In this document: positions 1 to 13,432 of the stretch, piece after piece | How positions within the stretch are numbered: position 1 is the first letter of the stretch | Layout of the letters: each line of letters opens with the position of its first letter | From: Eledone cirrhosa | Taxonomy: Eukaryota | Direction of reading: 5' to 3' | NCBI GenBank assembly: GCA_964016885.1 | Contig: OZ024763.1 | Span: 23,250,001-23,314,000 of the forward strand | DNA length: 64,000 nucleotides | Notes under the pieces: generated by a model | The model's database searches: none | Told to the model about the DNA's origin: nothing | The model's input: the letters and a program-made list of their open reading frames with translations, nothing else | Position numbers and translations under genes: made by a program

Positions 1-59
1 TGGTCTTCCTCTACTGGGATTTCTAGACACTTCTTTACCCAGTGATCATAAATATAAAT

Positions 60-2040
60 ACTTTAACCCTTTCGATATCATATTTCTCATGAAAATCACT
101 GTCTGAATTTCAAATAATTTTCTTTAAAATAATCAAGAATTTGGAGAGATTTAGTAATATAACTTAACTTTCACATTAAGCTGATGTTTGGGACATAACT
201 TAACAAATGTTCTGACATAAAATTATGATGGAAGGTTTTTAGATAAATATAAACATTTAAAAACCTCACATAAATTTTTAAATAATTTTGTAAATAATGA
301 GGAATTTAGTAAAATAACTTTTTTATTATTAAGTTGTTGTATGGAACATAACTTAACAAAGGTTCTTATATAACATTTTGAAGGAAGGTTTTTTTAGATA
401 AATATAAATACTTTAACCCTTTCGTTACCATATTTCTAATGAAAATAAATGTCTATGAATTTCAAATAATTTTCTCTAAAATAAACAAGATTTTGGAGAG
501 ATTTAGTAATATAACTTAACTTTCTCATTAAGCTGATGTTTGGGACATAACTTAACAAAGGTTCTTATCTTACATAAAATTATGATGGAAGGTTTTTTGG
601 ATAAATATAACTTCCTCATTATTAAGTTGTTGTTTAGGGCGGTGGATTGGCAGTATCAGTAGAGGATCGGACGCCATGCTTTGCAGCATAGAGTTACAGC
701 CCTTTATGATCTGAGTTCAAATCCGCCCTAGGTTAACTTAGCCTTTCACCCTTACGGGGTCAATAAAATAAAGTACCAGTCATGTACTGGGGTTGATTTA
801 ATCAACTCTCCTCTCCCCCAAAATTGCTGGCATTGAGCCTATATAAGAAACCATTATTAAGTTGTTCTTTGGAATATAACTTAACAAAGGAGGGAATGCT
901 TTGTGGTCTTGTCCACAAGGACGAGCCCCGATACCACGGCACCTTACGCCAAAATCCCATCACCCTTCTCCCTCCCGTTATTCTCTGACCCTACAGCCTT
1001 TGTATTTCCCTTCCTTTTCTGTTTTCATAACCACAAAGGACACTTGAATTTTTTTACAATAAATTATGTATTTAATAAAAGTTCTTACATAAAATTATGA
1101 TGGAAGGTTTGTTTTAGATAAACATAAACATTTTAACCCTTTATTACCATATTTCTCATGAAAGATACTGTCGATGAATTTCAAATAATTGAAAAAATAA
1201 TCAACAATTGGGAGGTATTTAGTCATATAACTAACTTTCTGGTGTTAGGAACATAACTTAACCCGTTAGAATTTAAACTGACCATATCTGGCCAGAATTC
1301 TCTCACCTCTTTCTGTTCAAACCGGCTGTAACTGGCTGCTCATACTGATGTTCAAAATCTCGTAGATTTGATATTATGTGAGATAAGCCTTTACTGCAAA
1401 AATACAATAGTATGTAGAGTTATTAAAGTTTCTTACATAAAATTATGATGGAAATTTTTTTTTAGATAAATATAGACATTTTTCTTTTAAATCATTTTGA
1501 AAATAATCATGAATTTGGAGGGATTTAGTAATATAACTAACTTTCTCATTATTGAGCTGGTGTTTGGAACATAACTTAACCCTTTAGCATTTAAACTAGC
1601 CATATCTGGCCAGAATTCCCTCACCCCCTTCTGTACAAACTGGTTGTAAGCAGCCCCTCATACTGACGTTAACTCTTTAGCATTTAAACTGGCAGTATCC
1701 GGCCATAATTCCCTCACTTTTTCTGTTCATAACCAGCCACCCATACTGATGTTAAGGTATTCTTCTCAAAATAAATAATATCAAAATCTCATAGATTCGA
1801 TATTATGTGAGATAAAACTTTTTCTGCAAAAACACAATAGTAAATATAGAGCAATGTACATGGTAGAGTTAATAAAGGTTCTTACATAAAAATATATGAT
1901 GGAAGGATTTTATATCAATATAAACACTTTAATCCTTTCATTACCATATTGCTAATGGAAGACACTGTCTAGGTTTTCAAATAATTTTGAAAATAATTAA
2001 GAATTTGGAGAGATTTAGTAATGTACTCAGTGATCTTTTT
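60..2040 (+). repeat. Cluster of a ~200-350 bp AT-rich dispersed repeat (ttaaccctttc..accatatttc...ggaacataacttaacaaagg), interleaved with MITE and SINE pieces
   Basis: At least five copies here; others at ~14270-14560(-), 15090, 22400(-), 42000(-), 46330. Confidence 0.75.
637..855 (+). mobile_element. tRNA-head SINE with Meta/MESC-like core (representative of ~15 copies)
   Basis: B-box GAGTTCAAATCC plus core GCCTTTCATCCTTACGGGGTCGATAAAATAAAGTACCAG. Other copies near 15210-16315, 17420, 18050-18340, 20165, 26990-27730, 37710, 40070, 48945, 53585, 54775-55110. Confidence 0.8.
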
Positions 2041-2138
2041 AAAAATAATAATAATAATCTTTTGTTTAGGAACATAAACCTATATGTGAGTGGGTATAAG
2101 TATGTGTGTGTGTGTATATATATATATAAATATATGTA

Positions 2139-2171
<33 letters not shown>

Positions 2172-2249
2172 GCAGACACACATACACATATATATACATA
2201 TGTATATACACACACACATACCCTCTCATATATATATATATATATATAT

Positions 2250-2960
2250 GAGTGGGTATAAGCTCTCTGAAATTTTTCCATCCCGTTCTGACTCTAGCTA
2301 CTGTACTTTCAGAGCACCCTCCACCACTGCTGATTTTGTCACCCAGGTAACGGAAGGTGTCCACTATTTCTATAGAACCATCTGTGCAATGGAATGAGCT
2401 AGTATTCTGCGGGCACTTGCTGCTACTTATTGCACCTGAGCACCGGCCACATATAAAATCTATATTCTTAGTTAGCTTACCTGTGATCCCACTACATCTT
2501 TTATGCACCCACACTTTGCATTTGGGACATAAAATGGAGTTTCTGCCTACTCCTTTCCTACACACTGAGCATGGCCATTTCCCAGATGGGACCGGTGCCC
2601 TATTTTCCTTCCTACAAACTAGAACTTTAGTCTTAGACAGGTTAATTTTAAGGCCTTTTGATTCTAGGCCATGCTTCCATGTTTGGAATTTCTTCTCTAG
2701 TTCAGCGCTTGATTCAGCTACGAGCGTTAGATCATCTGCGTATAGAAGTTCCCATGGGCAGCCGGTCTTGAACTCCTCTGTTATAGCCTGAAGGGCAATA
2801 ATAAATAGTAGGGGGCTAAGAATGGAGCCCTGATGCACACCAACTTTTATGCTAAACTCTTCACTATATTCGTTGTTAAGTCTAACCTTGTTGACTGTTT
2901 CTTTATACATGGCTTGTATAGTTCTCACAAGCCATTCATCAACACCTAGTTTTCTAAGAT
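2250..2960 (-). mobile_element. RTE LINE internal fragment (RT C-terminal part plus Cys finger)
   Basis: GVHQGSILSPLLF, YADDL, WPCSVCRKGVGRNSILCPKC; homologous to 60716-62926. Confidence 0.9.
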
Positions 2961-3203
2961 CAAAACCAGATAATGGAGTGGGGGGACTCTGTCAAATATA
3001 TATATATATGTATATATATGTGTGTATGTATCTTTTTGTATAATATATATATGTGTATGTATGTTTTTATATAATATATATATGTGAATCTATGTTTTTA
3101 TATAATGTATATATGTCTTTATATAATATATATATGTATGTTTTTGTATAATGAATATATGTGTATATATATATATATGTATGTATGTATGTTTTGTATA
3201 ATG

Positions 3204-3236
<33 letters not shown>

Positions 3237-3244
3237 CATCATGA

Positions 3245-3960
3245 TCATCATCATCATCATTTTACATCCGCTTTTCCCTGCTTGCAAGGGTGGGACGGGT
3301 CTTATTCAGCACAGCATCTCTCCACTTGTCACGGTCCCTCGTCATCTCCACCGTGAGCTTCAATGATCTGAGGTCTGTTCTCACCACCTCCACCCATGTT
3401 TTTCGTGGTCTACCTCTACCACGTCTTCCTTCAACTGGCAATTCCTGGCACTTCTTCACCCATCGGTCATCCTCCATGCGCATCACATGTCCATACCACC
3501 TCAGTCTCCTCTCCCGTACACTACATTCTATCCCTCTCAGACACAGTTTCTCTCTCAACACATTTATGCTGGGTCGTTCACGCACATTGACATTGCACAT
3601 CCAACGGAGCATGCTTGCCTCATTTCTCTCCAGCCGTCGCATATCCTCTGCGGTTGCTGCTCATGTCTCACTACCATGCAGCATCGCGCTCCTCACACAG
3701 GCATCATACAACCGGCCTTTCGTACGCAGGAAGAAACCCTTCTGGGTCAACAGAGGAAGCAGCTCCCTAACTTCTTCCAACCCGTCCTTATTCTAGATAC
3801 TATGGCCTCGGAACACCCTCCTCCCATGCTAATCTGATCTCCTAGGTACCGGAAGCTATCCACCACTTCTATAGCGCCCTCCTGCATTTGAAAAATGTGT
3901 CTATCAATGCGACTTCTACTGTCTAATTTCCTTGTACATCTACTGCATACATATTTCTCC
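3245..3960 (-). mobile_element. RTE LINE 3' fragment with (GAT)n tail
   Basis: LERNEASMLRWMC, RRLRWYGHVMRM, GRPRKTW. Shorter relatives at ~17125-17290, 30853-31000 and 48480-48590. Confidence 0.9.
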
Positions 3961-4209
3961 CTATATATATGTGTGTGTGTGTGAGTGTGAGTCTATGTAT
4001 ATGTGTATATATGTCGGTGAGTTTGTCTTTCATCCGTCTGAAGTTTTAAACCATTTCCTGCTAAACTGGAAAATAAATTCTAAATTCTGACTACACCAAG
4101 AAATAAAAGAAGTTCATGAGCTTCAAAAGTCATAAAAAACTCCTTTTATATATATATATATCATCATCATCATCTTCCTTTAACGTCCATCTTCCACGCT
4201 AGCATGGGT

Positions 4210-4246
<37 letters not shown>

Positions 4247-4519
4247 AAGCAAAAGGATATTTAATTTGTTGGTAATTCAACAAATATAAATGTTTATAAC
4301 TGATTCAAAGAACTCAACAAGTTTTTCTGGAGTATAATATTCAATGATATTAAATAAATGGAAACTATATTTATAAAACCATATTTATTCTATTATATAT
4401 ATTTCAAGGGTACACACATATATATATATATATATACGTTATTCCGGGTTGAATCGGAGGTAACCACAGTAAGTAAGGTACTCAATACATTGCAGAGTAT
4501 AAAAGTTTTAATATAGATG

Positions 4520-4570
4520 AGATTCTACAGGACTAGAACTGTTTCATTCTTTAGAAATCATCAGGAATCT
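4520..4570 (-). ncRNA. Type I hammerhead-like motif, family B, in a fold-back at 4504-4631
   Basis: AGAUUC-CUGAUGA-U UUC uaaa GAA U-GAAA-CAG uucuaguc CUG-UA-GAAUCU. Stem I 6 bp, helix III 4 bp, non-canonical U10.1-U11.1. Related copies at 20365-20417(-) and partial at ~34600 and ~49175. Confidence 0.55.
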
Positions 4571-4630
4571 CTGATGATTTCTAAAGAATGAAACAGTTCT
4601 AGTTCTGTAGAATCTCATCTATATTAAAAC

Positions 4631-4661
<31 letters not shown>

Positions 4662-5333
4662 ATGTATATATATGTATATATATATATGTATAGGGTTAGG
4701 GTTAGGTTTGTTATAACAGAATTTTACCTGTAGCGGTATTTGTTCTAGCTCTCTACGATCCAAGATCAAATCCTGTTATTCTCAGCAAGATTTGAACTGA
4801 AGAGGTAAAAGGAGATTCGCTAAGTTGTCGAACATCAGGAAAATATATACAGATATACTGAAATTTCATTATAACAAAATTCACAGGGTTTAAAAAAAAA
4901 ACGTTGTTAATTTTGAATTGTGAAAAAAAAAAGGGGGGGGGGGGCAGTAGAGCATCCAACAAAATGCTTTGTGGCATTTTTAGGACTTTCTACATTCTAC
5001 CACTACCACCACCACCGCCAGCACTGTCACCACTATCACCACCACCACCACTACCGCCACCACCACCACCACCACAAGTTTATGCCATTGTGACTAATCA
5101 AGAAAGGGTTAAAGAAGTAGTTATATTATATTTTAGTAACAGGTACGCAGATAGTCTCATTACTTTCCCTAAACCTATGTCCTCCTTGAAACCAGTTTAT
5201 TGTAAACTATTAACATTCTGATGACGATGATGATGATGATGATTATTATTAGGATTAGTACTCTTATGATTAATACTATTTATTAAAAATGACACAGGTA
5301 CACACACATATATGTATATATATAAATATATAT

Positions 5334-5414
<81 letters not shown>

Positions 5415-5432
5415 TATATACATATATATATA

Positions 5433-5500
<68 letters not shown>

Positions 5501-5518
5501 TATATACATATATATATA

Positions 5519-5670
<152 letters not shown>

Positions 5671-5826
5671 TATATATATATACATATATATATGTGGAAG
5701 CACATGTGTGTATAGGCAAATATGCATATGTGCAGGTGTATGCATGTGGCAGCACGTGTGCGTATGCATATGTAGATGTTTATATGTGGCTGTGCGTATG
5801 CATGTTAGGTTGTTGTTTTTTTGTGC

Positions 5827-5870
<44 letters not shown>

Positions 5871-6221
5871 ATGTACGTATATATATAAATATATATAAAT
5901 ATATATAAATATATATATATAAATGTATATGTATATGAATATATATATATATATGAATATATAAATATATATAAATATATATATGTAGATAAATCTACCA
6001 AGAGTTTACGGTAGTGTCCAATCCGTATGAAGAACTCATATTTGTTTAATATAAGGAACTGTTTCATTGTTTTATTCATTATTTTTTTAATACTTTATAA
6101 ATATATATATATATATATGTATATGTATATGAATATATATATATATGAATATATAAATACATATAAATATATATATATCATCATCATGTTACGCCCACTT
6201 CTCCCTGCTTGCAAATGTATA

Positions 6222-6285
<64 letters not shown>

Positions 6286-7274
6286 CAACATTAGTTCCGT
6301 GTATTTTCTGTATTTATTGCCTTTTCCTCCTCTTCTTTTCTTTTCTTCTTTGTTTTGTTTATGTAATATTTAAAATTTTTTTTTTCACAAGGAACCAGAT
6401 TTTTTCCTTGTGAAAGTCCTATGCGAGCAAGACAATCACTCTTGCCTCAAGTGGGACTACCCCTGTCCAAACCCATGCAAGCGTGGAACACGGACGTTAA
6501 ACGTTGATGATGATGATGATGATGATATATATATATTGTCTGGGAAAAATATCCGGTTCCTTGTGAAAAAAATAATTTAAAATATTACATAAACAAAACA
6601 AAGAAGAAAAGAAAAGAAGAGGAGGAAAAGGCAATAAATACAGAAAATACACGGAACTAATGTTGTAATTACAGGTATAGGGTGATTTGTTAAAGGTATG
6701 GTGTGCACAGGTTGCTGATAGGGTAGGGGGGGTCATGGAGTTATGTAACATCCTGAAGTAATATATATATATATAGTACAGCAAAGACTGATTAAACTAC
6801 TGTGGTGGTGGAGGTGGTGGTGACAGTATTAATGGTAGTGGTGGTGGAGGTGGTGGTGACAGTATTAATGGTGGAGGTGTTGGTGGTGACAGTATGATGG
6901 TAGTGGTGGTGGAGGTGGTGGTGACAGTATTAATGGTAGTGGTGGTGGAGGTGGTGGTGACAGTATTAATGGTGGAGGTGGTGGTGGTGACAGTATGATG
7001 GTAGTGGTGGTGACAGTATTAATGGTGGAGGTGGTGGTGACAGTATGATGGTAGTGGTGGTGGTGGTGGTTTTGGTACTGAAGTTGGAGTTGGTGTTGGT
7101 AGTTAGGGGTGGTAGTTGGTCTTAGTAGCTGGTAGGGGTGTTAGTATTTAGGGGTGATTGAGGTGGTGCCAACTCAAATGGTCACATGATACCCTGACCA
7201 TTTAAAAGCAGGTAGCCTGAAGGACGAGTTCTTCATTTGATGATTCACAGAGGTCACTGACTGAACATTGCAGT

Positions 7275-7975
7275 GACTAAATACCCACACAGTGGTACAG
7301 TAACACAACCAAACACTGGTGCTGCTAAATACCCACACAGTGGTACAGTAACACAACCAAACACTGGTGCTGCTAAATACCCTCACAGTGGTACAGTAAC
7401 ACAACCAAACACTGGTGCCGCTAAATACCCACACAGTGGTACAGTAACACAACCAAACACTGGTGCTGCTAAATACCCACACAGTGGTACAGTAACACAA
7501 CCAAACACTGGTGCCGCTAAATACCCACACAGTGGTACAGTAACACAACCAAACACTGGTGCTGCTAAATACCCACACAGTGGTACAGTAACACAACCAA
7601 ACACTGGTGCTGCTAAATACCCACACAGTGGTACAGTAACACAACCAAACACTGGTGCCGCTAAATACCCACACAGTGGTACAGTAACACAACCAAACAC
7701 TGGTGCCGCTAAATACCCACACAGTGGTACAGTAACACAACCAAACACTGGTGCTGCTAAATACCCACACAGTGGTACAGTAACCGCAACCAAACACTGG
7801 TGCTGCTAAATACCCTCACAGTGGTACAGTAACCGCAACCAAACACTGGTGCTGCTAAATACCCACACAGTGGTACAGTAACACAACCAAACACTGGTGC
7901 TGCTAAATACCCACACAGTGGTACAGTAACACAACCAAACACTGGTGCCGCTAAATACCCTCACAGTGGTGCAAC
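7275..7975. repeat. 48-bp minisatellite, ~14.5 copies, decaying to ~8330
   Basis: Unit ctaaatacccacacagtggtacagtaacacaaccaaacactggtgctg; two units carry a +1 insertion. Confidence 0.95.
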
Positions 7976-9446
7976 AGACTAACCAAACACTGGTGCAGTA
8001 ACGCAACCTATCACAGTGGTGCAAAAAACTAACTTCACATTGATGCACAGGGGTGAAGATCTGCAGAGAAGTTACCCTCACAGTAGTGCAGCAGATTAAC
8101 GTTACATTCGTGTACCAAGTTACTCACTCTACCACAGGTCCAGCAAGCTACCCTAACCTACTACTGGTGCAGCAAGCTACTCTACCCTACTACTGGGACA
8201 CCAAACTACCCTACCATACCAGTACTACAGCTACTACTAACCCTCACAGTGGTGCACCAAAATACTCTACCATACCAGTACTACAGCTACTAACCCTCAG
8301 AGTGATGCAGCAAGCTAATCTAATGTGAAGAACCCACAAGAGGACACCCTGCTGGAAATAACAACCAAATCCTCTCTTGAATCTCATGATCTCTGATGAC
8401 TTTAGAGAAGAATACATTGTATAATGTACTCCCAGATACACTATGACATACATAAATATATATATAATGATGAAGTTGACGTAGGTCATACACTGGTATA
8501 TGTCTTACCAGTTTGTCAAATATTAAATATTAAATATTAACCCTTTAGCATTTAAACCGCCCATATCCGACAAGGGTCCTCTCACCGCTATCTGTTCAAA
8601 TTGGCTATAACCGGCCGCTCTTACTGATGTTAAGGTATTGTTCTTAAAATGAATAATATCAAAATCTCATAGATTCGATATTATGTGAGGTAAAGTCTTT
8701 ACCATGAAAATATAATAGTAAATATAGTGTAATGTAAATGCTAAAGTGTTAAAATAATTTTTGACATAAAACAAAACAACTATAAACCCAATTTAAGATC
8801 TTTCAAACATCTCTTCTCAAAATCAGTCGTGGCTAGCCTCCTTTCGGTGAAACTTGGACTGCAAGTAAACCCCCCAACTTTTAGATATTAAATAAATTTG
8901 ATGTTGTTGTTATTGTTGTAATCTCTGTTACTTCCGACAACAAAGGACCCAGCTGATCAAATAACGGAACACCTTGCTTGCAGAATTAACTTCCAAGGGA
9001 TCCAGGTATTCTACAGACAAGTGTACCTTTAACAGGAGCTAGAGATACAATTGATTTTTGCCAACTTGGTGGACTGGAGCTACGTGAAATAATAAAGTGA
9101 CTTGCTCAAGGACACGACACACTGCCAGGAATCAAACTTACCACCTTACAAACGCAAGCCAAACCCCTTAACCACTCAGCTACCTGCCTATACACACATA
9201 TCTATCTATCTATTTATCTATATATATATATATACACACACACATATCTATATATATATATACATACACATATCTATCTATCTATTTATCTATATATATA
9301 TATATATATATATACACATAGCTATCTATCTATATATATATCTATCTTGTTCACTTTCGTGACATTTGTACATTATTCTATGTACTATACATGCACCTTT
9401 GATGAGTTGTAGTGCACCTGAGCACTGTACGCAATAATTTCATTAT

Positions 9447-9481
<35 letters not shown>

Positions 9482-9851
9482 TAGATAGATAGAAGTTCTT
9501 GTTTATCAGATTTAATCAGAGATACTCACCACTGACATCGCGAACTACTACAACAACGACATCAACTGCAACAATAAGAACATCGTTAACCACAACATCA
9601 TCACCATCAACTACAACAATAACATCATCACCGTCAACAACATCATTAACATCACCAACATCAACTACAGCAACAACATCATTAACAACGACACTATATT
9701 CAGTACGACACCCTTATACACCCCACCTCCCACCAAATAATTGAGCAAAGAGAGGGTAGCCAACACCAAGGTTACACTAGAAGGAGAAGAAGAACAGCAA
9801 CAGCAACAGCAACAAGAACAAGTCTGAGAGGAGACACTGACAAAGAGAAGA

Positions 9852-9897
9852 ATGGAGGAGAACAATTTAAGGACCCAACATCAACAACGCATAAAAG
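9852..9897 (+). CDS. First coding exon of a PTB-like-domain gene (MEENNLRTQHQQRIK)
   Basis: ATG in agaATGg context with an in-frame TGA shortly upstream. Donor AAG|GTAAAA at 9897/9898 is phase 1 and joins the 11692 exon in frame (g+at = Asp). Confidence 0.65.
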
Positions 9898-10695
9898 GTA
9901 AAACAAAATTAATTGAAACACAGAAACTAAACTGAAACGGCTAGAACCAGACAGGTTAGAGCATTGGGTTTGCAATCGAAAGGTTGTGAGTTCAATTCTC
10001 GGACCGGGTGATGTGTTGTTTCCTTGAGCAAGACACTTTATTTCACATTGCCCCAGTTTACTGAGCTGTAGAAATGAGATGATAGGACCGGGGTCCCTAT
10101 CATTAAAACTACCCAAGACACCTCCAACGAGATATACCTTGGAGGAGGCCAGCTAAACCTGTATAGGTGTGAGCTGTCACACACAAAACCTAGGGCCGGA
10201 TTTAATAGGGTGGGGTGGAGCAAAGGGAACACCACCAGTAATTTATTTGTGCCCTCAGCTGGGCTTTTTAGTTTTAGGATGGTTAGATTATTTTAATTTA
10301 ATGACAGCAATTGCCTTGCCCTGCCCTCCCTGCAGTGGGGCAGGGCGGGGTTTCACCAGTGATGGCTGTAGCAATTTATTTGTGCCCTCAGCTGGGCTTT
10401 TTATAGTTGTAGAATGGTTACCTTTGCCTTCCATCTTTACAGGGTTGATAAAATGATGTACCAGTAACACCTTGGGGTCGATTCAATTGACTTTTCTCTC
10501 TTACCAAAATTGTTGGTCTTGTGTCTAAATATAGAAATTATTATTTTTATTGCACATCATTACTGCTTTGCCGAGCACAACTCTGTGCACCTTGGGTATA
10601 TGCAGTGTAGTTTTTGCTGGTGTTGATTCTATTGTATTGATAGTACTTTTTGTAACATGTGTGCAATGCCTAATAGTGCTATCTTTTGTATGTTG

Positions 10696-10726
<31 letters not shown>

Positions 10727-11171
10727 TGTATGTTGTATATATTTGTCCTGGGGTACTCTATATAATATATATACAGTACCTAGTAGTGCTATCTTTTGTA
10801 TGCTGCATATATTTGTAAGTCCTGGGGTTTGGGTTTCTATTTTACACAAAAAATCCCCACACTGTATCATCTATAATGTCTCCTTAATGTGAGCTCTGTG
10901 TGGCTAATAATAATAAAAAAAATAATAATAATGAAATTATTGTGTACAGTGCTCAGGTGCACTACAACTAACAACTGATGCGGGTAGTTTGTTCCATGGA
11001 GGTTTTAAAGGATGCAGTGTCTCGACAGCTAATAACTAATGCAAAGCATTATGACCATGGCTTTTGTGGGATTTCTAAACGAGTGACCCTTAGACTCTCC
11101 TCAACTTTGGGGAATTTGTTATGTTTCTTTTAAATGTTTATTTTCTTAGTATAAATTTTCTGTTATAAATT

Positions 11172-11350
11172 CTATTTGACACAAAGACAATCGCGACTGC
11201 CTTGACAGTACCAAATCCTTTTTAACTCCCACTTTAAATCCTGGTATCGGTTAATTTTCTCCTTTTCCTTTTCTTGCACTCTTGTATCAAAGGGACAGGC
11301 TACATCTACAATCAGGCACGATCTGTTTTCCTTGTCAAAAACCACCAGGA
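11172..11350 (-). mobile_element. RLE endonuclease fragment (R4/NeSL-like non-LTR element)
   Basis: VVFDKENRSCLIVDVACPFDTRVQEKEKEKINRYQDLKWELKRIW. Confidence 0.7.
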
Positions 11351-11691
11351 AAATCAGGGTGGAGAGGCAAGCATGGCCTGAGTGAATGGGCCTGCTCTGA
11401 GTATGTGCCTGTAAATTGAAGGTGTAAAACTGGGAGAGGGCACTTGCCCTGGTGGTCAGGGTCACTGTGGCTTTTTTAATGGGCTTTCTCCACGAATGAC
11501 CATCAGAAGTCTCCCCCCTATTGGGGAATTTTCCTTTGTTTCTTTTTTTGTCATTTCCTTTGTTTTTTCTTTACACACAGAAATGCCCATTTGTACCGTC
11601 CTGTACTGTCCTTAATGTTATACTTTATGTCAACCATTGTGATTAATAAAGAAAACATTATAATTATTATTATTATAATTTTATGTTTCAG

Positions 11692-12091
11692 ATCTGCACA
11701 ATTTCTTCCTGAGTGAACCTAGAATCATGACTGACCGTAACATCCAGTTCAAGGCCAACCTGGTGGGCATGTGGTTGGACATGGATATCTCCGTGGTAGT
11801 GGAACAGATATCGAACCTGTTACAGCTGAAGAACTTCCAGAAGGTGAAAGTACAGCTGAGTAGACAGGGTCTGAAGTTGACCAAGAAGGGCTTCTTACCG
11901 GGTCTCACCTCTGAGGATCTCATTGCCCTGCACAACATTCAGGACATCTTTGTCAACGTCAATGTCCCTAGCTGTTTCATATGCATCACCAGTGGAGGCT
12001 CCAGCTCCCCGACACAGATTATGGCACTAAAGTGCCTCAATGAGATCTGTGCTAAGGGCATTGTGACTCACTTCAAAATACTGACAGGAGA
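11692..12091 (+). CDS. Coding exon 2, divergent PTB/PID-like (PH-fold) domain
   Basis: Acceptor ttttatgtttcag| and donor GA|GTAAGT; stop-free, non-repetitive peptide. QFKANLVG...KVKVQLSRQGLKL...IALHNI...CFICIT...MALKC..EICAKGIVTHF follows the PTB strand/helix pattern (judged by eye, no HMM run). Confidence 0.8.
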
Positions 12092-12744
12092 GTAAGTACA
12101 TGTCACTTTATTTTCTCTCTTCTTCCATATTCTTGTTGTTGGTGGTGATTGTGATGGTAGTGGTGTTGTTGTTGTTGGTGATGGTGATGATAGTAGTGGT
12201 GTTGATGTTGTTGATGATGGTAGTGGCGGTGTTGATATTGTTGTTGGTGATGGTGATGGTAGTGGTGTTGTTGTTGTTGGTGATGGTGATGATAGTAGTG
12301 GTGTAGATGTTGTTGATGATGGTAGTGGCGGTGTTGATGTTGTTGTTGGTGATGGTGATGGTAGTGGTGTTGTTGTTGTTAGTGGTGGTGGTATAGTTGT
12401 TGTTAGTGGTGGTGGTGGTGTTGTTGTTGTTAGTGGTGGTGGTGGTGTTGTTAGTGGTGGTGTTGCTGTTGGTGATGGTGATGATAGTAGTGGTGTTGAT
12501 GTTGTTGTTGGTAATGGTAGTGGCGGTGTTGATGTTGTTGTTGGTAATGGTAGTGGTGTTGTTGCTGTTGGTGATGGTGATGATAGTAGTGGTGTTGATC
12601 TTGTTGTTGGTAATGGTAGTGGTGGTGGTGGTGGTGGTGTTGTTGTTGGTGATGATAGTAGTAGTGTTGTTGTTGGTGATGGTGATGATGGTGATGGTAG
12701 TGGTGTTGTTAGTGGTGGTGGTGGTGTTTTTGTTGTTGGTGATA

Positions 12745-13432
12745 ATAATAATAATGAAATTATTATGTAAAGTGCTCAGGTGCACTACAACTCGTCAATA
12801 TAGTTAATACACAAATGTCAGGGAAGTACATGTGTGTATGTGTTAGCTGTAGTGTTGGCGGATCTCGGGAAGCATGGAGGCCTTAAAGGATGCAGTGTCT
12901 CGACAGCTAACAACTGATGCAGGTAGTTTGTTCCATGCTTCAGCAACTCTGAGCGTGAAAAAATGTTTCCGAAAGTCATGGGAACTGTGCTGTTTTCTTA
13001 CTTTGTGGGCATGTCCACGTGTGTTAGACACATGGAAATCGAAAAGGTACTCAGGGTTGTTGTTGGCAACATGGTTAACAATTTTGTGGGTGTTTACCAA
13101 GTCAGTTGCCAGGCGTCGGAGCTTCAATGAATCCATGCCCAGGGAAGCAAGGTGCTCAGAGTATGGTAGATGCCTGATGGCGGGTATTCGCTTGGTTGCA
13201 CGTCTCTGAACAGTTTCCAGGCGGTCAATGTCCTGAGCAAGATAGGGGTTCCAGACTGGTGATGCAAATTCTAAGTGTGGTCGCACCATAGCTGTATACA
13301 GCCTTAAATAGATATCTGGAGAGCGGCTGACAAAGGTCTTGCTGAGTGATGCTAAGACACCCTCGGCCCTCTTGACAATTTTAGAGACGTGCCTCGTTCA
13401 ACGCAAATCGCTGCTGACCATAATGCCCAGGT
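12745..13432 (-). mobile_element. CR1-type LINE 3' fragment inserted in a (GTT/GAT/GGT)n microsatellite
   Basis: VRPHLEFASPVWNPY..DIDRLE.VQRRATK, TRGH..K, FFTLRVAEAWNKLP; (TTA)n tail. Other 3' ends at ~9350-9450, 18480-18700, 19800-19895, 33690-34085. Confidence 0.9.

Noticed and set aside
637-730. tRNA gene from the B-box GAGTTCAAATCC
   Set aside because: It is the tRNA-derived head of a multi-copy SINE; no complete cloverleaf seen.
4690-4706. TTAGGG repeats as a telomere (also TAACCC at ~39020)
   Set aside because: Only 2-3 units, interstitial.
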